Source: Welwitschia mirabilis
Taxonomy: Eukaryota
Assembly: GCA_051453625.1 (NCBI GenBank)
Contig: JBOZIK010000001.1
Location: 13,124,682 to 13,157,727 of the forward strand
DNA: 33,046 nt
Direction: 5' to 3'
Shown here: positions 14,327 through 26,269 of the stretch, piece after piece
Layout of the letters: every line of letters begins with the position of its first letter
Numbering within the stretch: position 1 is the stretch's first letter
The notes under the pieces: model-generated
Told to the model about the DNA's origin: nothing
What the model saw: the letters and a program-made list of their open reading frames with translations, nothing else
Database searches by the model: none
Made by a program: the position numbers and the translations under genes

Positions 14327-17300
14327 ATGATGGAGTGCCTCTCTTGGAACTGTAGGGGTTTAAGATCCCCCTCTAAAAAGAACACTCAAAGAAATTTAAT
14401 TAGTACGTACAACATAAATTTAGTTTATTTATAGGAGATGAAGATGCATGACAACTTGATATTAGGTAATTTTTGGTAGCAACGGAACATATTTATTTTA
14501 GTAATGCAAGAAAACTTAGGTAGAATCATGACCCTCATAAAAAAGGAGGTAGAATTAATTCACAGTAGTGAGCACCATATAACTATCTACCTCAAGGAGT
14601 AAGAAACTACATAAACAAAGCCTATATGCTAAAGAAACTACATAACTTAGTTATGAATAAAGATAAATGGATAATTATTAGGAATTTTAATCAATGCCTC
14701 CATGGATGCGGAAAAAATAAGGGGAAAAAACTAGAATAGTAAGGGAGCTAAGATCCTTAGAGACTTCATGGAATAAAGAAAACTTTCAGATATTCCCATC
14801 TTAGGATGCAAATTTACATGATCTAATAGAAGAAGTAGAGGTAACCAAATTATGTCCAAAATCGATAATATCTTTACAGAAAAAGAAATAACTAAGATGA
14901 TTATTAATGCATGGGGTAAATAGAATAGCTTCGAATCACATGCCAATCAAATTTAGAATTAGTACAATAATGCCCCTTAGATATCCCTTCAGAATATAAA
15001 GATATTGACTTATAAGAGAAGAAATCAAAAGGATAGTTAAAAAGATTTAGGATCAATATGATGGTATCCAACCAATTACCTTTCTATATAAAGGCTTGAA
15101 AACTCTCAAAACTCATCTTAAGGGATGAAGACAGAAGGATAGAGAAAGATTTAAATCTAAGAAGAAATTAGAGCAAGAGTTATAAGAGATCCAAATAGAG
15201 CAANNNNNNNNNNNNNNNNNNNNNNNNNNNNNNNNNNNNNNNNNNNNNNNNNNNNNNNNNNNNNNNNNNNNNNNNNNNNNNNNNNNNNNNNNNNNNNNNN
15301 NNNNNNNNNNNNNNNNNNNNNNNNNNNNNNNNNNNNNNNNNNNNNNNNNNNNNNNNNNNNNNNNNNNNNNNNNNNNNNNNNNNNNNNNNNNNNNNNNNNN
15401 NNNNNNNNNNNNNNNNNNNNNNNNNNNNNNNNNNNNNNNNNNNNNNNNNNNNNNNNNNNNNNNNNNNNNNNNNNNNNNNNNNNNNNNNNNNNNNNNNNNN
15501 NNNNNNNNNNNNNNNNNNNNNNNNNNNNNNNNNNNNNNNNNNNNNNNNNNNNNNNNNNNNNNNNNNNNNNNNNNNNNNNNNNNNNNNNNNNNNNNNNNNN
15601 NNNNNNNNNNNNNNNNNNNNNNNNNNNNNNNNNNNNNNNNNNNNNNNNNNNNNNNNNNNNNNNNNNNNNNNNNNNNNNNNNNNNNNNNNNNNNNNNNNNN
15701 NNNNNNNNNNNNNNNNNNNNNNNNNNNNNNNNNNNNNNNNNNNNNNNNNNNNNNNNNNNNNNNNNNNNNNNNNNNNNNNNNNNNNNNNNNNNNNNNNNNN
15801 NNNNNNNNNNNNNNNNNNNNNNNNNNNNNNNNNNNNNNNNNNNNNNNNNNNNNCTAAAAGAGGGAAACAAGCATACTAAATTCTTCTTCCAATAGGCTAA
15901 TCAATACAAAATAGATAACAAAATCAGAAAGCTTACAATCAAAGAATAAGTTATTGAAGATGAAGAGGTTGTAACTTCAGAAATGCAAATCCATCTTAAG
16001 AATACATGAGAATGGAAGGATATCACCTCCAATCCCATTCAGATAGATAAGAAATTTTCTCACGAGAGCAATGGAAACCTAAAAATAATCCTATATACAA
16101 GGAATAAGTGCAGGTAGCAATTCAATCAATAAAGAATAACAGAGCCCTAAGACCACATAGGTGGTTAATATAATTATTCAAGGATTATTTCTCTTTCATC
16201 GAGGATAACCTTAATGATGTTATGCAAGACATCTTCACCAATAAGTGCATTCCAGTAAAGATGAATAGGACCCAGGTAGTTCTCATCCTAAATAAATGAG
16301 ATGATAACAAATCAGAGGATTATATACCTGCAATATTCTTTATAGAATCTTTATAGAAATAATGGTGGACCATATTGCCTCCCTGCTTATCAAGGTAATC
16401 TTCAAGAACTAACTATCTTTATCTGATTCAGGTACATTCAGGAAAAAACCATTTTAACTCACGAAATCATTCATTCTATCAAGAAAAGTAAATTTCCTTT
16501 AATTCTTGCTAAACTAAACATAGTAAGCCTATTATTTTGTGAGCTAGAAAGTCTTAAGTACTATCCTAAAAAACCAGATTTAACTCTAACATCACTAACC
16601 TTTGGCTAAACATGCAAGGTTCAGATGAATTCATTGAAGAGATTAATAGCAATAGATCAAAATTATTTTCACTAGGATGCAGATCAAGGTAGGGAAACCT
16701 TTTATTCACTCACCTCTTTCTATTTGTCATGAATGTTTTACAAGGAATGCTCAAAAGGAATGGAGTCTTAGGGATAAAAATAGAAAGCTAAGTGTTCATC
16801 AATAATCACTATGAAAATGATACCATTATCATGACTCAAGCCTCTTGTAAATAATTAAGAGCCATGAAAAACATCATGAACCTTTGTGCTAAGGCCATGG
16901 GGCTCAACACCAACTAGAACAAGTATGGCATTCACATCATCAACAAATGCATGAGGAGAAGGGTGGATATTTCTAGAACCTTAAAAGCCAAATTAGGAGA
17001 TCTATAAGATATTTACTTAGGAATTTCCCTCAAAAACTGGCATAAGTACCTAACTTGAAACTTTATCTTAGAGGAAAATTCATAAGAAATGTAATACTTA
17101 GTTAAACAAATTTCTCTCTTTAAACACCAAGATCATCTTATCAAATACCTGTCTAATTGCTTTTTTTAGATATATAGCTTTTGTTATCACCCACCTAAGT
17201 TCATAATTACAAAAATCAACAAAATGTTGAAGGAGTTCCTCTAGTGTGGAGGTAGTGATAGAAGTTGCATTTATCTCTACAAATGAGACCTCACTACTCG

Positions 17301-17914
17301 TCCTAGGGTTGTAGAAGGCTAAGGAATTCATAAACTAGAAGACTACCTATTCACAAGATCTCACAAAATTATTAAAAGATTACTTATGAGAGGATAGCCT
17401 TGGAGTGAACTAATTAATTATAAATACCCATCTTGAACTACAAATAGAGGAATTTCTTAATTTTGGAAGCATTTATCAAAAGGCAAAAGAGATTTGATTG
17501 AACTAGGTATAACCAATGAAGACACATCAAAATCTATCTTAATCAAGAACTATGATAAGGATGAAGTTAAGAAAAGATTCTAGCAGGGATGGATTCCTAA
17601 CAAAATTAAGATCTTCTATTGGCTTAGAGACCATAATAGCCTATTAACTAGAGACTAGATTATCAAATGTGACATGCAAATTTTTTCTACATGCCCAATA
17701 TTCCAATCAAATAAGGAAGATATTCACCATGTTGTTCATCAGTGTAAGTGGAGTACAAACTTAATAGAATTAATGACAATTTATTACATGAATAGACAAG
17801 AGACTATGAGATAGATGCTAGATGGGATTCACTTGACATTTTGGTAGATTTGGTGTACTTGCAATGACTTAATTTTCAATAACATATCCCCCCTCCCTCC
17901 ACTTCTTTCCTATT
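14327..17914 (+). pseudogene. LINE-B ORF2 (APE endonuclease, RT, zinc finger); contains N gap 15203-15853
   Basis: MMECLSWNCRGL at 14327; YL*EMK ~14426; WIIIRNFN ~14668; FT*SNRR ~14813; ASNHMP ~14928; EGNKHTKFFF ~15860; RSR*GNLL ~16681; HYENDT ~16807 (YADDT); YLGI ~17014; CPIFQSNKEDIHHVVHQC ~17692-17745; FW*IWCTCNDLIF 17839-17877. Confidence 0.9.
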
Positions 17915-17934
17915 AATACAGCTAGAAGGATTTG

Positions 17935-19076
17935 ATGTTATCACTTGCAAATTCAGGTGGTAATGGAGTTACTCTGACATTTAATCCAGAAAATCTAAGC
18001 CTTTATGAGAGCTTCTAGATCTATGAAATAAGGTGCAAGCCTTGGGATGGAAAAACCTACTACACAATCTTAAGGGAGAGCTAGATTTTGATATTGCCTC
18101 ATTTTACAGATTCTAAAGAGGATACAAAACTACATTTAGAAGAATTTCAATTGAAGTCACTAAGTAATCATTGTCTTAGCTTCAAAAAATTTTTATGGAA
18201 GAGGAGAGGGTTCTCCTTAATTATAGAGGGCAAAGGGAGGCTTTCCATTTCTTCTCTAATGGCAACCCTAAACTTTTTAATGGTCACATTAGTAGGAAAG
18301 TGCTTTTACCCTCCTAGGGTTTGGGGCCTACATTAGTTGATAGATACTTTATTCAATCAAGCTATTACTTAAAGCTCTTTAACTTATATTTCATTTTTCT
18401 TAAGGCCCTAGATCATGGGCACTGCATGAAATTACTTTACATTTTCATTTAAACTTTAAGAAGAAAACATGTAGTTAGGAATTATGGACTTATAATGACC
18501 CTTTTAAGAGCTGTAAGGGACTCTAAGATGATTACAGAGGCCTCCTTCTCTCTTCCACATTATAGGGCAATAGTAGAGGTCCAGTAGTCAAGTCAGTTGG
18601 AGAATGAGCCGAGTGCTTCATAATTTCACGGGGAGGAATCTCTACCCTCACCTCAAGAAAATCATGAATTGGTAGAACTGATTCCACCCCTCAAAGAATA
18701 TCATACTATAGAGTAGCAGGAGGAGCACATCCAGCCTAAGAAGGACTAGCAGAAAACTCCTCCTGAGAAGCTAAAAAGCTCTAAGTATAGTGAGGAAATA
18801 GAGTATTAAAGCCAGATGGATTCAAATCCAGGTATAGAACATTAGACCATACAAGAAGACATTGACCCAGAGTAAGCAGGGAGGGAGGTATTATATGCCA
18901 CAATTCAAGGGATTAAAAGATGTTCCTTTCTAATTCTTAGCATTACACACAAAGCTTCCCTAGGTACCATCAAATCGATATTTCAAAAGAAGGCCTCAAG
19001 ACTTTATCTTGACAAGAATAATAGGAGTGAAGGAGTTTAAAGAAGTGAACTAGGCCTTCAAGCTCTTGAGGGATGA
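17935..19076 (+). pseudogene. LINE-B extra ORF3 or C-terminal extension resembling LTR-retrotransposon accessory (Transposase_32/Athila env-like-type) proteins, with an acidic Q/E/P-rich tail
   Basis: ATG at 17935 is in the ORF2 frame. After one frameshift near 18027, a single frame runs to about 19076 whose internal stops are all TAA/TAG. It reads VQALGWKNLLHNLKGELDFDIASFYRF*RGYKTTFRRISIEVTK*SLS...DRYFIQSSYYLKLFNLYFIFLKALDHGHCMKLLYIFI*TL...NYGLIMTLL. Confidence 0.65.
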
Positions 19077-19408
19077 AAAGGGCAGGCTCGTGATCTAGCA
19101 CCATCACAGTCACTTATTTCCAAGTTGCTAGGGATATTGATCAACCATTTTCTTCTAATTTTATCTTAGTTTTTCATAATTCTATTGTTAATCACATTAG
19201 TCTTAGGGTTGATATTTTCTTACTCCATTTTTGCAGTTAATTACTTTCGTCCTGATTCTAGCATTGCTCATGAGTTTACTTTAAGATCTGATTATGTCAC
19301 AAACTCATTTTCTTATATTTCCCTGCTGGAGGGTGCTTTTATCCCCTTATTTCTAATTACTCCTTTCTAATATAAATTTTAGTTCTTACTATTTCAAAGA
19401 ATATATAT

Positions 19409-19417
19409 ATGATGCAT
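19409..19417 (+). repeat. Candidate right target-site duplication of LINE-B (ATGATGCAT)
   Basis: Immediately follows the decayed A-rich tail and matches 13008-13016. Confidence 0.6.
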
Positions 19418-20384
19418 CTTGTACTAAATCCTATTGTAAGCAATATTTTGAATGAATAAACTCCTAACATGTACTACTTAAAGAGCATTAGTTGTAACTA
19501 GTATGGAATATTTAGCAAATGTTTAAAAGAGAGATTGATAATGAATGCCTTCATGTACTGTGGAAATATTGACTAGCATTGTTTCATGGAAATGGAGAGA
19601 TAAAAATATTTGATAAGAACATAAGCACTAATGAAATTATTATTAACATAATATTAATGATAATATAAATCTTCATTCATAACAACATCAGCCTTGAAAT
19701 GTTCTCATCACTTAAATAGTCAAACATTATTTACAATCTTAGAAATTAGGTAAGTCCTCAAAAACACATTTAGGAAAAATATCATGTTTGAAAATCTTTA
19801 TCAATTTAGAAAATTTTAGATCTTAAAATATAAAAATATATAAGAATTTAAAGATTAAAAAAATGCAATGTTATGTTATGACCATATTATCTTATTTCAT
19901 CTAACATGTATTGGGTAAAATAGAATATTACTGCAAGGAACTTCAAAAGTACATATTTTTTGTTTTATTTAGATGTGCATTCTCATTGAATTTCTAACAC
20001 ATTCTTCAAAAAACCCCCTAATGTTATAAAAATTAATTATAACTAGCTCCTTCATTTCCAAGATTTGTGATACATAGAGAAATTTAAAATAAAAAGGAAA
20101 AGCATTTTAAAAATTTTCAACTAATAGAATACACAAAGAGCTATGAAATTAAATGAGTATATAGACATCCCATTCCAATTTGAAGAAATACCATGATGTT
20201 GTAATTGGTTAAATTTTCATATCAGTCGAACATGAAAGAAAGGAAAAAGAAGCTTGTATTTGAGATACTTTTGTATTTATTACATTCTTCCTTTTACACT
20301 GCCTAATATTCATCAGTTTTTCTTCTTAATTAAGATAGAAATAAGATTATCTAGTTATAAAGAGTCTTTCTTGTAATTTTGTAG

Positions 20385-20850
20385 AGATCTTCTCTTCTCT
20401 TGAAAACTTTCAATTCCACAAAAGAAGAGCAAAGAAGACTCATCCATGTGATTTCAAGGATTATGAAGGAAGTAAAGGTGAAAAAAGAATGGATAAATCT
20501 TAAATTATTTTCTTTATTATTTTCACACTATTTAGAAAGGAATTCTAATCTTTAATGTGTGTTTTTTAATATACATAACATTTTAAGTTATCACTCTTTC
20601 CCTTTTTTTTGATGGTTTAACTCCATAATATGTTTTTTTTTTTAACTCAAGGAAGATTTTTGAATAATAAATTATGAATGAAGAAGAGTAAAGAAAAGAT
20701 CTAAGAATGATAAGTATTGCCTATATGAGTCTCTTAGATTTTCTTTTTAATAATAAGAAGAATATGAATGATTTTTAGCTTTGGAGATGCTTAGATATCC
20801 AAATAGCAGTGGTAGCTATGAACAGAGATCATTCAAACAACTCACTCGGG
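20385..20850 (+). pseudogene. Possible decayed three-exon fragment, weakly CACTA Ptta/En/Spm (TnpA-like)
   Basis: Polypyrimidine-AG acceptors precede 20385, 20652 and 20779, with donor-like ATAAAT/ATAAGT (GT>AT) at 20493 and 20710. The spliced frame stays in phase: ...VKKEW|EDF*IINYE*RRVKKRSKN|ALEMLRYPNSSGSYEQRSF. Confidence 0.25.
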
Positions 20851-20861
20851 CATATGTTATG

Positions 20862-21818
20862 TGATAAGGATGAATTTTAGATAAATCTTGCTTATTAATG
20901 AATTGTTCTCCCTTATTTTAATTATATATTTCATCAACAAATAAATATTTTTATTTATTTTTATGCATACTAATAAATAGGTTAGTTAGTTAGTATGTTA
21001 ATAAGTTAGTATGCATATATTTCATTATTATGTTTTTGGTATGAGATGCCAAGTGGTATGAAGATGAGAGAGAAGGTTGAGGTAGCGAATCAGCATAACA
21101 ACCCAAACCATGTACCTATTTCTCAGGAGCAAAGAATGAAAATAGAAAAACTAACAAGGGTATAAGAATGTGATCACCACCAAAGATGAGAATCTTTTTG
21201 GCAAAAAGGTACTAAGAATAGACAAGGCAAAAAGGTAAAGCTAGGAAATTCCAGCTAGATTGCAAAAGTGTTAGCAGCAATTTCCTAAATTCCATAGTAT
21301 TACTTGCAAAGGAGGCTATCATTTGTTAACTCATCTTTATGTAATAATTAGTATGTTAATATAAAGCTAAAAATAATTTAAGTATCATTGTATGCATACT
21401 TTGTTACTTGAAAAAAGTAATATTACTTTAATTTGCTCCTATTTGTGGAGTTGAACATAAACTAGGATGATTTTAGTACATAGAAATAAGTATTACTCAT
21501 CAATTCATTTAACTGTTATTCTATTTTATTTCTTTTAGTATTCCCCCTTGGTTTAATATATGTACATAGTAATTAATATTAAATAAATAACTTAACTAGT
21601 TTAAGTAACTTCATCGCAAGACTATTGTGATTATGAATTAAATGGTTAAGTCTGAGCTAGTTCTTTAGTAATCCTTTAATGTATTTTTGTTTAATGATGT
21701 GTGCTTATTTTGAGTTAGCAGTAGCATAGTTTCTACATTTTTCCAGCATTATTTTATAGTTTTTGATATTGTTTTGTGATATTTTATACACTTATTTTAT
21801 CACATAATCCCCTCATCA
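20862..21818 (+). repeat. Candidate 5' LTR (~957 bp)
   Basis: Ends ...CCCCTCATCA at 21818, 3 nt before the PBS. The start is placed at TGATAAGG (20862), a one-mismatch inverted match to the end CCTCATCA. The 3' end is well supported; the start is tentative because there is no second LTR to compare. Confidence 0.55.
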
Positions 21819-21821
21819 TTT

Positions 21822-21838
21822 TGGCACTAGAAGGAGGG
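21822..21838 (+). promoter_or_regulatory. Primer-binding site complementary to the 3' end of plant tRNA-Asn
   Basis: TGGCACTAGAAGGAGGG versus TGGCGCTAGAAGGAGGG, the complement of the plant tRNA-Asn(GTT) 3' end as I recall it. The single G>A difference is at a CpG. Confidence 0.85.
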
Positions 21839-21862
21839 TCGCCCTAAAGTAAATTAGTGGAG

Positions 21863-24420
21863 ATGACGAAAAGTGCCATGCAATAGGATAGTCAAGGAAA
21901 ATGGTGAGATGAAAGAGATAGGTACATTAAAGATTCACATAAATATGGTCTAGAAAAGTGGGCTAAAAACACTATTAAGTTAGAAGTAGAAAAGGACAAT
22001 TTTACAAAGGATGAAGTAACTTTAAAAAAGATGGTAAAAAACCAAATCTTTCTTGAATTAATGACCAAATTTGAGTAATGATTTGAATCTTTCTTACATC
22101 ACCTCACTCACTAGGAGAATCTTCTCAAATAGTTTAGGTCAGAAAACCTGAAAAAAAAGTTGTAACAGGATGTTACTAGAAAGGTGATGGAGATTCAAGA
22201 CCTTGGAACCATGATACCCACTAGTTAGATGATATAAGTCCTATCAATTATATATCCCTACAACAACTAGATAAAGTAAAAAACATAAATACTATTAATA
22301 TTCACTTTTGAAGGTAAAAAGTTAGATGAACCCCTAATACACCTAAGTTTATTTGATGCCTTTTGTAAGGCTAATTATGTTAACTTAGAATCTGACTTTT
22401 TAGATATTTTCTTTTTCCTTAAAAGGATATGCTCAATTATGGTATCATAATGGGAAACCCTTAATAATACTCTCCTAGCTATATTTCAATCCATGAAAAT
22501 GGTGGAAAATTTAAGAGAACAAATCCTAAACATTAAACCAAGAGAGAATGAAAGATTTGATGAATTTATGTATAAGTATAATATATTGTTAGCCAAATGT
22601 TCTAATCATGGAATCATATCTAGTGAGAGCCTTACTTAGAAAACTACAGAATCAGACATTGAAGGAATTAAACTTATTATATAGAGGAAGCATCAAAACC
22701 AAGAATGTCTAAGAAGTGAAAGAAGCCATTACTCAGTTTGATAATATGACTCAAGGATGGGGTCAAGAAATTGAAAAAAGAAAAAAGTAAATGAAGTGTG
22801 TGCTCCAAAACCATATGATAGTTTACATAGCTTAAAATATATTAGTCTTATGAAAGAAGTAGCTAAAAAATGATTGATGGCATGGTAGAAAAATTTGATC
22901 GATTAGCTATGCAACACCTCAAGGTAGAAGAAGGACCTACCTGTAAAAACTATGGAGAAGATAATCATGATGAAATAAAATACCTTTGGATGCAATAATT
23001 TGTTTAGTGGTTAGATATAAATAGATTGAATTTAAACTTTAGCAACCAACCTCAAACTAGAAAGCAACCATATCACTACCAAAGTAGAAAATGGGAAGGA
23101 AAAATGAAGAGACCNNNNNNNNNNNNNNNNNNNNNNNNNNNNNNNNNNNNNNNNNNNNNNNNNNNNNNNNNNNNNNNNNNNNNNNNNNNNNNNNNNNNNN
23201 NNNNNNNNNNNNNNACTTTAGCAACTAACCTCAAACTAGAAAGCAACCATATCACTACCGAAGTAGAAAATGGAAAGGAAAAATGAAGAGACCTTTACAA
23301 AGGTATGTAAACTCAAAGAGGTAAGAGCAATATGATTACTATAGAAATTGGAAAAATAAAGATCTATAAAACTAAAAATAAAATATAAAAATAAAAAGAA
23401 AATAAGGAAAAATCCCTGCTCAACCTCAACCAACTCCTAAAGAAGCAATAAGNNNNNNNNNNNNNNNNNNNNNNNNNNNNNNNNNNNNNNNNNNNNNNNN
23501 NNNNNNNNNNNNNNNNNNNNNNNNNNNNNNNNNNNNNNNNNNNNNNNNNNNNAAATAAAAAGAAAAGAAGGAAAAATCCCTGCTCAACCTCAACCAACTC
23601 CTAAAGAAGCAATAAGTAAAGCAGTAAATACTAGACCTAGAAAACAAAAAGTGACAAATGAATCATAGAAAAAGAATGTAAATCCAAGGAACTCCCTAGA
23701 AAAAGAAGAGGAAAAAGTTAAAATAAAAATAGTGGATAACACCTTAGCAGATTCTTTATCTTTTCTAATGAGAAGTAAAAAAAAAGAACATTTAAAAGTT
23801 AAAAAGGATATAGAATATTTAACAAGGACATTAGAAAACACAAAATATCAATACCTCTTTTAAAATTATTAAAGGATGTACCTATGTATTGAAAACAAAT
23901 AAAGAACATGTGCTCAAAACAAAAAGATAAAAAAGAACATAAGAAAAAAACAAATTAAGATGGTAAGAAAGGATCAAGTTTCTTAGGATTCCACACAAGT
24001 TCTTCAAAATAGATAATATGAAAAGTACAGTGATCCCGGAACACCTATGACAGATGTGAAAATAGATGGAAAACTTAAAGTAGTAGTACTTATAGATCTT
24101 GGAGTAATTATTAATGTTATAACCTATGAAACTTATGAAGAATTAAGAAAACCAAAATTAATACCTTACTAAGGAAAAGTTTACTTAATAGATGGCTCAG
24201 TAGCTATGCCAGTTCTAAAGTATATACCCATAGAACTCTAAGGTTTTATCTATTTGATAGATTCACTAGTAATGAAAACTTAAGAAGATACTCATGCAGT
24301 GATTCTTGGAAGACCATGAATGGATACTATAGATGCTACTATTTATTTTAGAAGAGGGACAATGGAAATTAATCTTAGTGATCTTAAAAAAGATATCAAA
24401 TTTTCTGATGTGTCAGTTGT
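21863..24420 (+). pseudogene. Gypsy gag and aspartic protease (decayed)
   Basis: FEGKKLDEPLIHLSLFDAFC ~22307; FSLKGYAQLWY ~22413; KYSDPG ~24022; VLIDLGVIINV with DLG at 24095-24103; VILGRP ~24299. Confidence 0.85.
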
Positions 24421-24639
24421 TAAATAAATTATGCAAAACACAGAAGCAAAAACTAATATAATCCTAACACAAGAAGTTAATCTAATGTTAAATAAACAAA
24501 ATAAGGATAAATACAAGAAATAAGATTTATCAACTAAAGAAATAGAAAAGCCTTCTCTTAAGGAAGGGCTAGAGTATATTAAGGTAGCTGCTAATAGATA
24601 TTTGATTATAAACAGTTATTTAACTCCTTCTCAAAAGAG

Positions 24640-26200
24640 AAGACTTAAAAGAATGTTAATTAAAAAAAAAAGGAGCCTTCGCTTGGGATCATACAAATAT
24701 TAAATGAATAGATCCAAAAATCTGCCAACATAGAATCTACTTAGGCACTTCCATTAAACCACGTCAGCAACCAAAGTGAAGGTGTAACCCACATATGCAA
24801 GAGCTAATTGAATAAGAAGTTTCCAAACTCTTAAAAGTAGGATTCATTTACCCAATATCTGACTCAGAATGGATGAATCTTGTAATAGTTGTATCAAAGA
24901 AAAGAAATAAATGGAGAGTGTGTATAGACTTTATAATGTTAAATACAGTAACTTATAAAGATCATTTTTCTGTTCCATTTGATGATCAAGTTTTAGAAAA
25001 ATTGTCTAGATATCAATACTATAGCTTTCTAGATGGATACAGCAGCTACAATAAGGGTCTTATAGCTTTGGAAGACCAAGAAAAAATAGCTTTCACTTAT
25101 CATTGAAATACTTATGCCTATAAAGTACTACTTTGAACTATGTAATGCTCCCACTACTCAAAGGTCAGTAAATAGCATTTTTCATGATATAATGGGAAGA
25201 TCAATTGAAGTATTTATGATCTACTTCTTAAAATTTGAAAAGGACTTTGAAGAACCACTTGAAAGATTGAGAAAAGTTTTACAAAGGTGTCAGGAAAAAT
25301 GCCTTAAACTTAGCTAGGTAAAAAGTCATATTATGGTAACAAAAGTCATAGTATTAGAACACAAAATATCTATAAAAAGGGTTTATATTGATAAACAAAA
25401 AATCAAAGCTATAAAAGATAGTCCATTCCTAACTAAACTTAAAGAGTTAAGATCTTTCCTAGGACATGTTGGATATTATAGAAGATTGATATCCAATTTC
25501 AGCAAAATCGCTAAATGTTTTAGTAATCTTCTACAAAAGGATGTGGAATATGACTAGACTGAGAAATGTCAAGATGCTTACCAAACATTAAAAGATAAAT
25601 TTTTATTAGCACCTATTCTATAAGGGCCAAATTAGACAAGACTATTCCACATTATGACAGATGCATCTAAACATGCTATGGGAGCAATTTTAGGATAGAA
25701 AGATGAAGACAATAAATCTTATGCCATTGCCTACATCAGTAAAAAAATTCAAACTAGCTTAACAAAATTATACACTAATAGAGAAAGGCTTTCTAGTAGT
25801 GATAATGGCATTGNNNNNNNNNNNNNNNNNNNNNNNNNNNNNNNNNNNNNNNNNNNNNNNNNNNNNNNNNNNNNNNNNNNNNNNNNNNNNNNNNNNNNNN
25901 NNNNNNNNNNNNNGCCTACATTAGTAAAAAAATTCAAACTAGCTGAACAAAATTATACACTAATAGAGAAAGGCTTTCTAGTAGTGATAATGGCATTGGA
26001 AAAATTTAGACATTGTATTTTAGGTTACAAAGTAAAAGTTCATACTGACCATAGTGCCATTAGATTTTCAATGAATAAGAAAGAAGTGAACTTGAGAATT
26101 ATGAGATGACTATTATTAATGTAGAAGTTTAATTTAGAAACCATTGATAAGAAAGGAAGAGAAAATTTGGTAGTAAATCACTTATTAAGGCTAGAGTTTT
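24640..26200 (+). pseudogene. Gypsy reverse transcriptase and RNase H (decayed)
   Basis: ORF-track fragments WRVCIDF..LN..T.KDHF, FLDGYSSYN, LCNAPTT, EVFMIYF (decayed MDD box) and ELRSFLGHVGYYRR; also MTDASKHAMGAILG ~25655 and VHTDHSA ~26038. Confidence 0.93.
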
Positions 26201-26269
26201 CAGATGAAGAACAGATCAACATTGAGATGAGTTTTTCATTGGATACCTTTTTCAAATAATCACAAACCT

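Larger units (their letters stand above)
13017..19408 (+). mobile_element. Full-length degenerate plant L1 LINE (LINE-B) with ORF1, ORF2 and an extra 3' ORF
   Basis: Purine-rich 5' UTR, ORF1 and ORF2 motifs in canonical order, pyrimidine-rich 3' UTR (~19140-19390) ending in TTTCAAAGAATATATAT (decayed A-tail). Flanked by ATGATGCAT at 13008-13016 and 19409-19417. Confidence 0.88.

Noticed and set aside
14016-14946. Hydrophobic minus-strand ORFs (also 17098-17331, 23236-23841, 32035-32424)
   Set aside because: They are antisense shadows of A-rich LINE/Gypsy coding strands.
18088-18336. 82-aa plus-strand ORF in the ORF track
   Set aside because: It is an alternative frame overlapping the motif-bearing frame of the LINE-B extra ORF.
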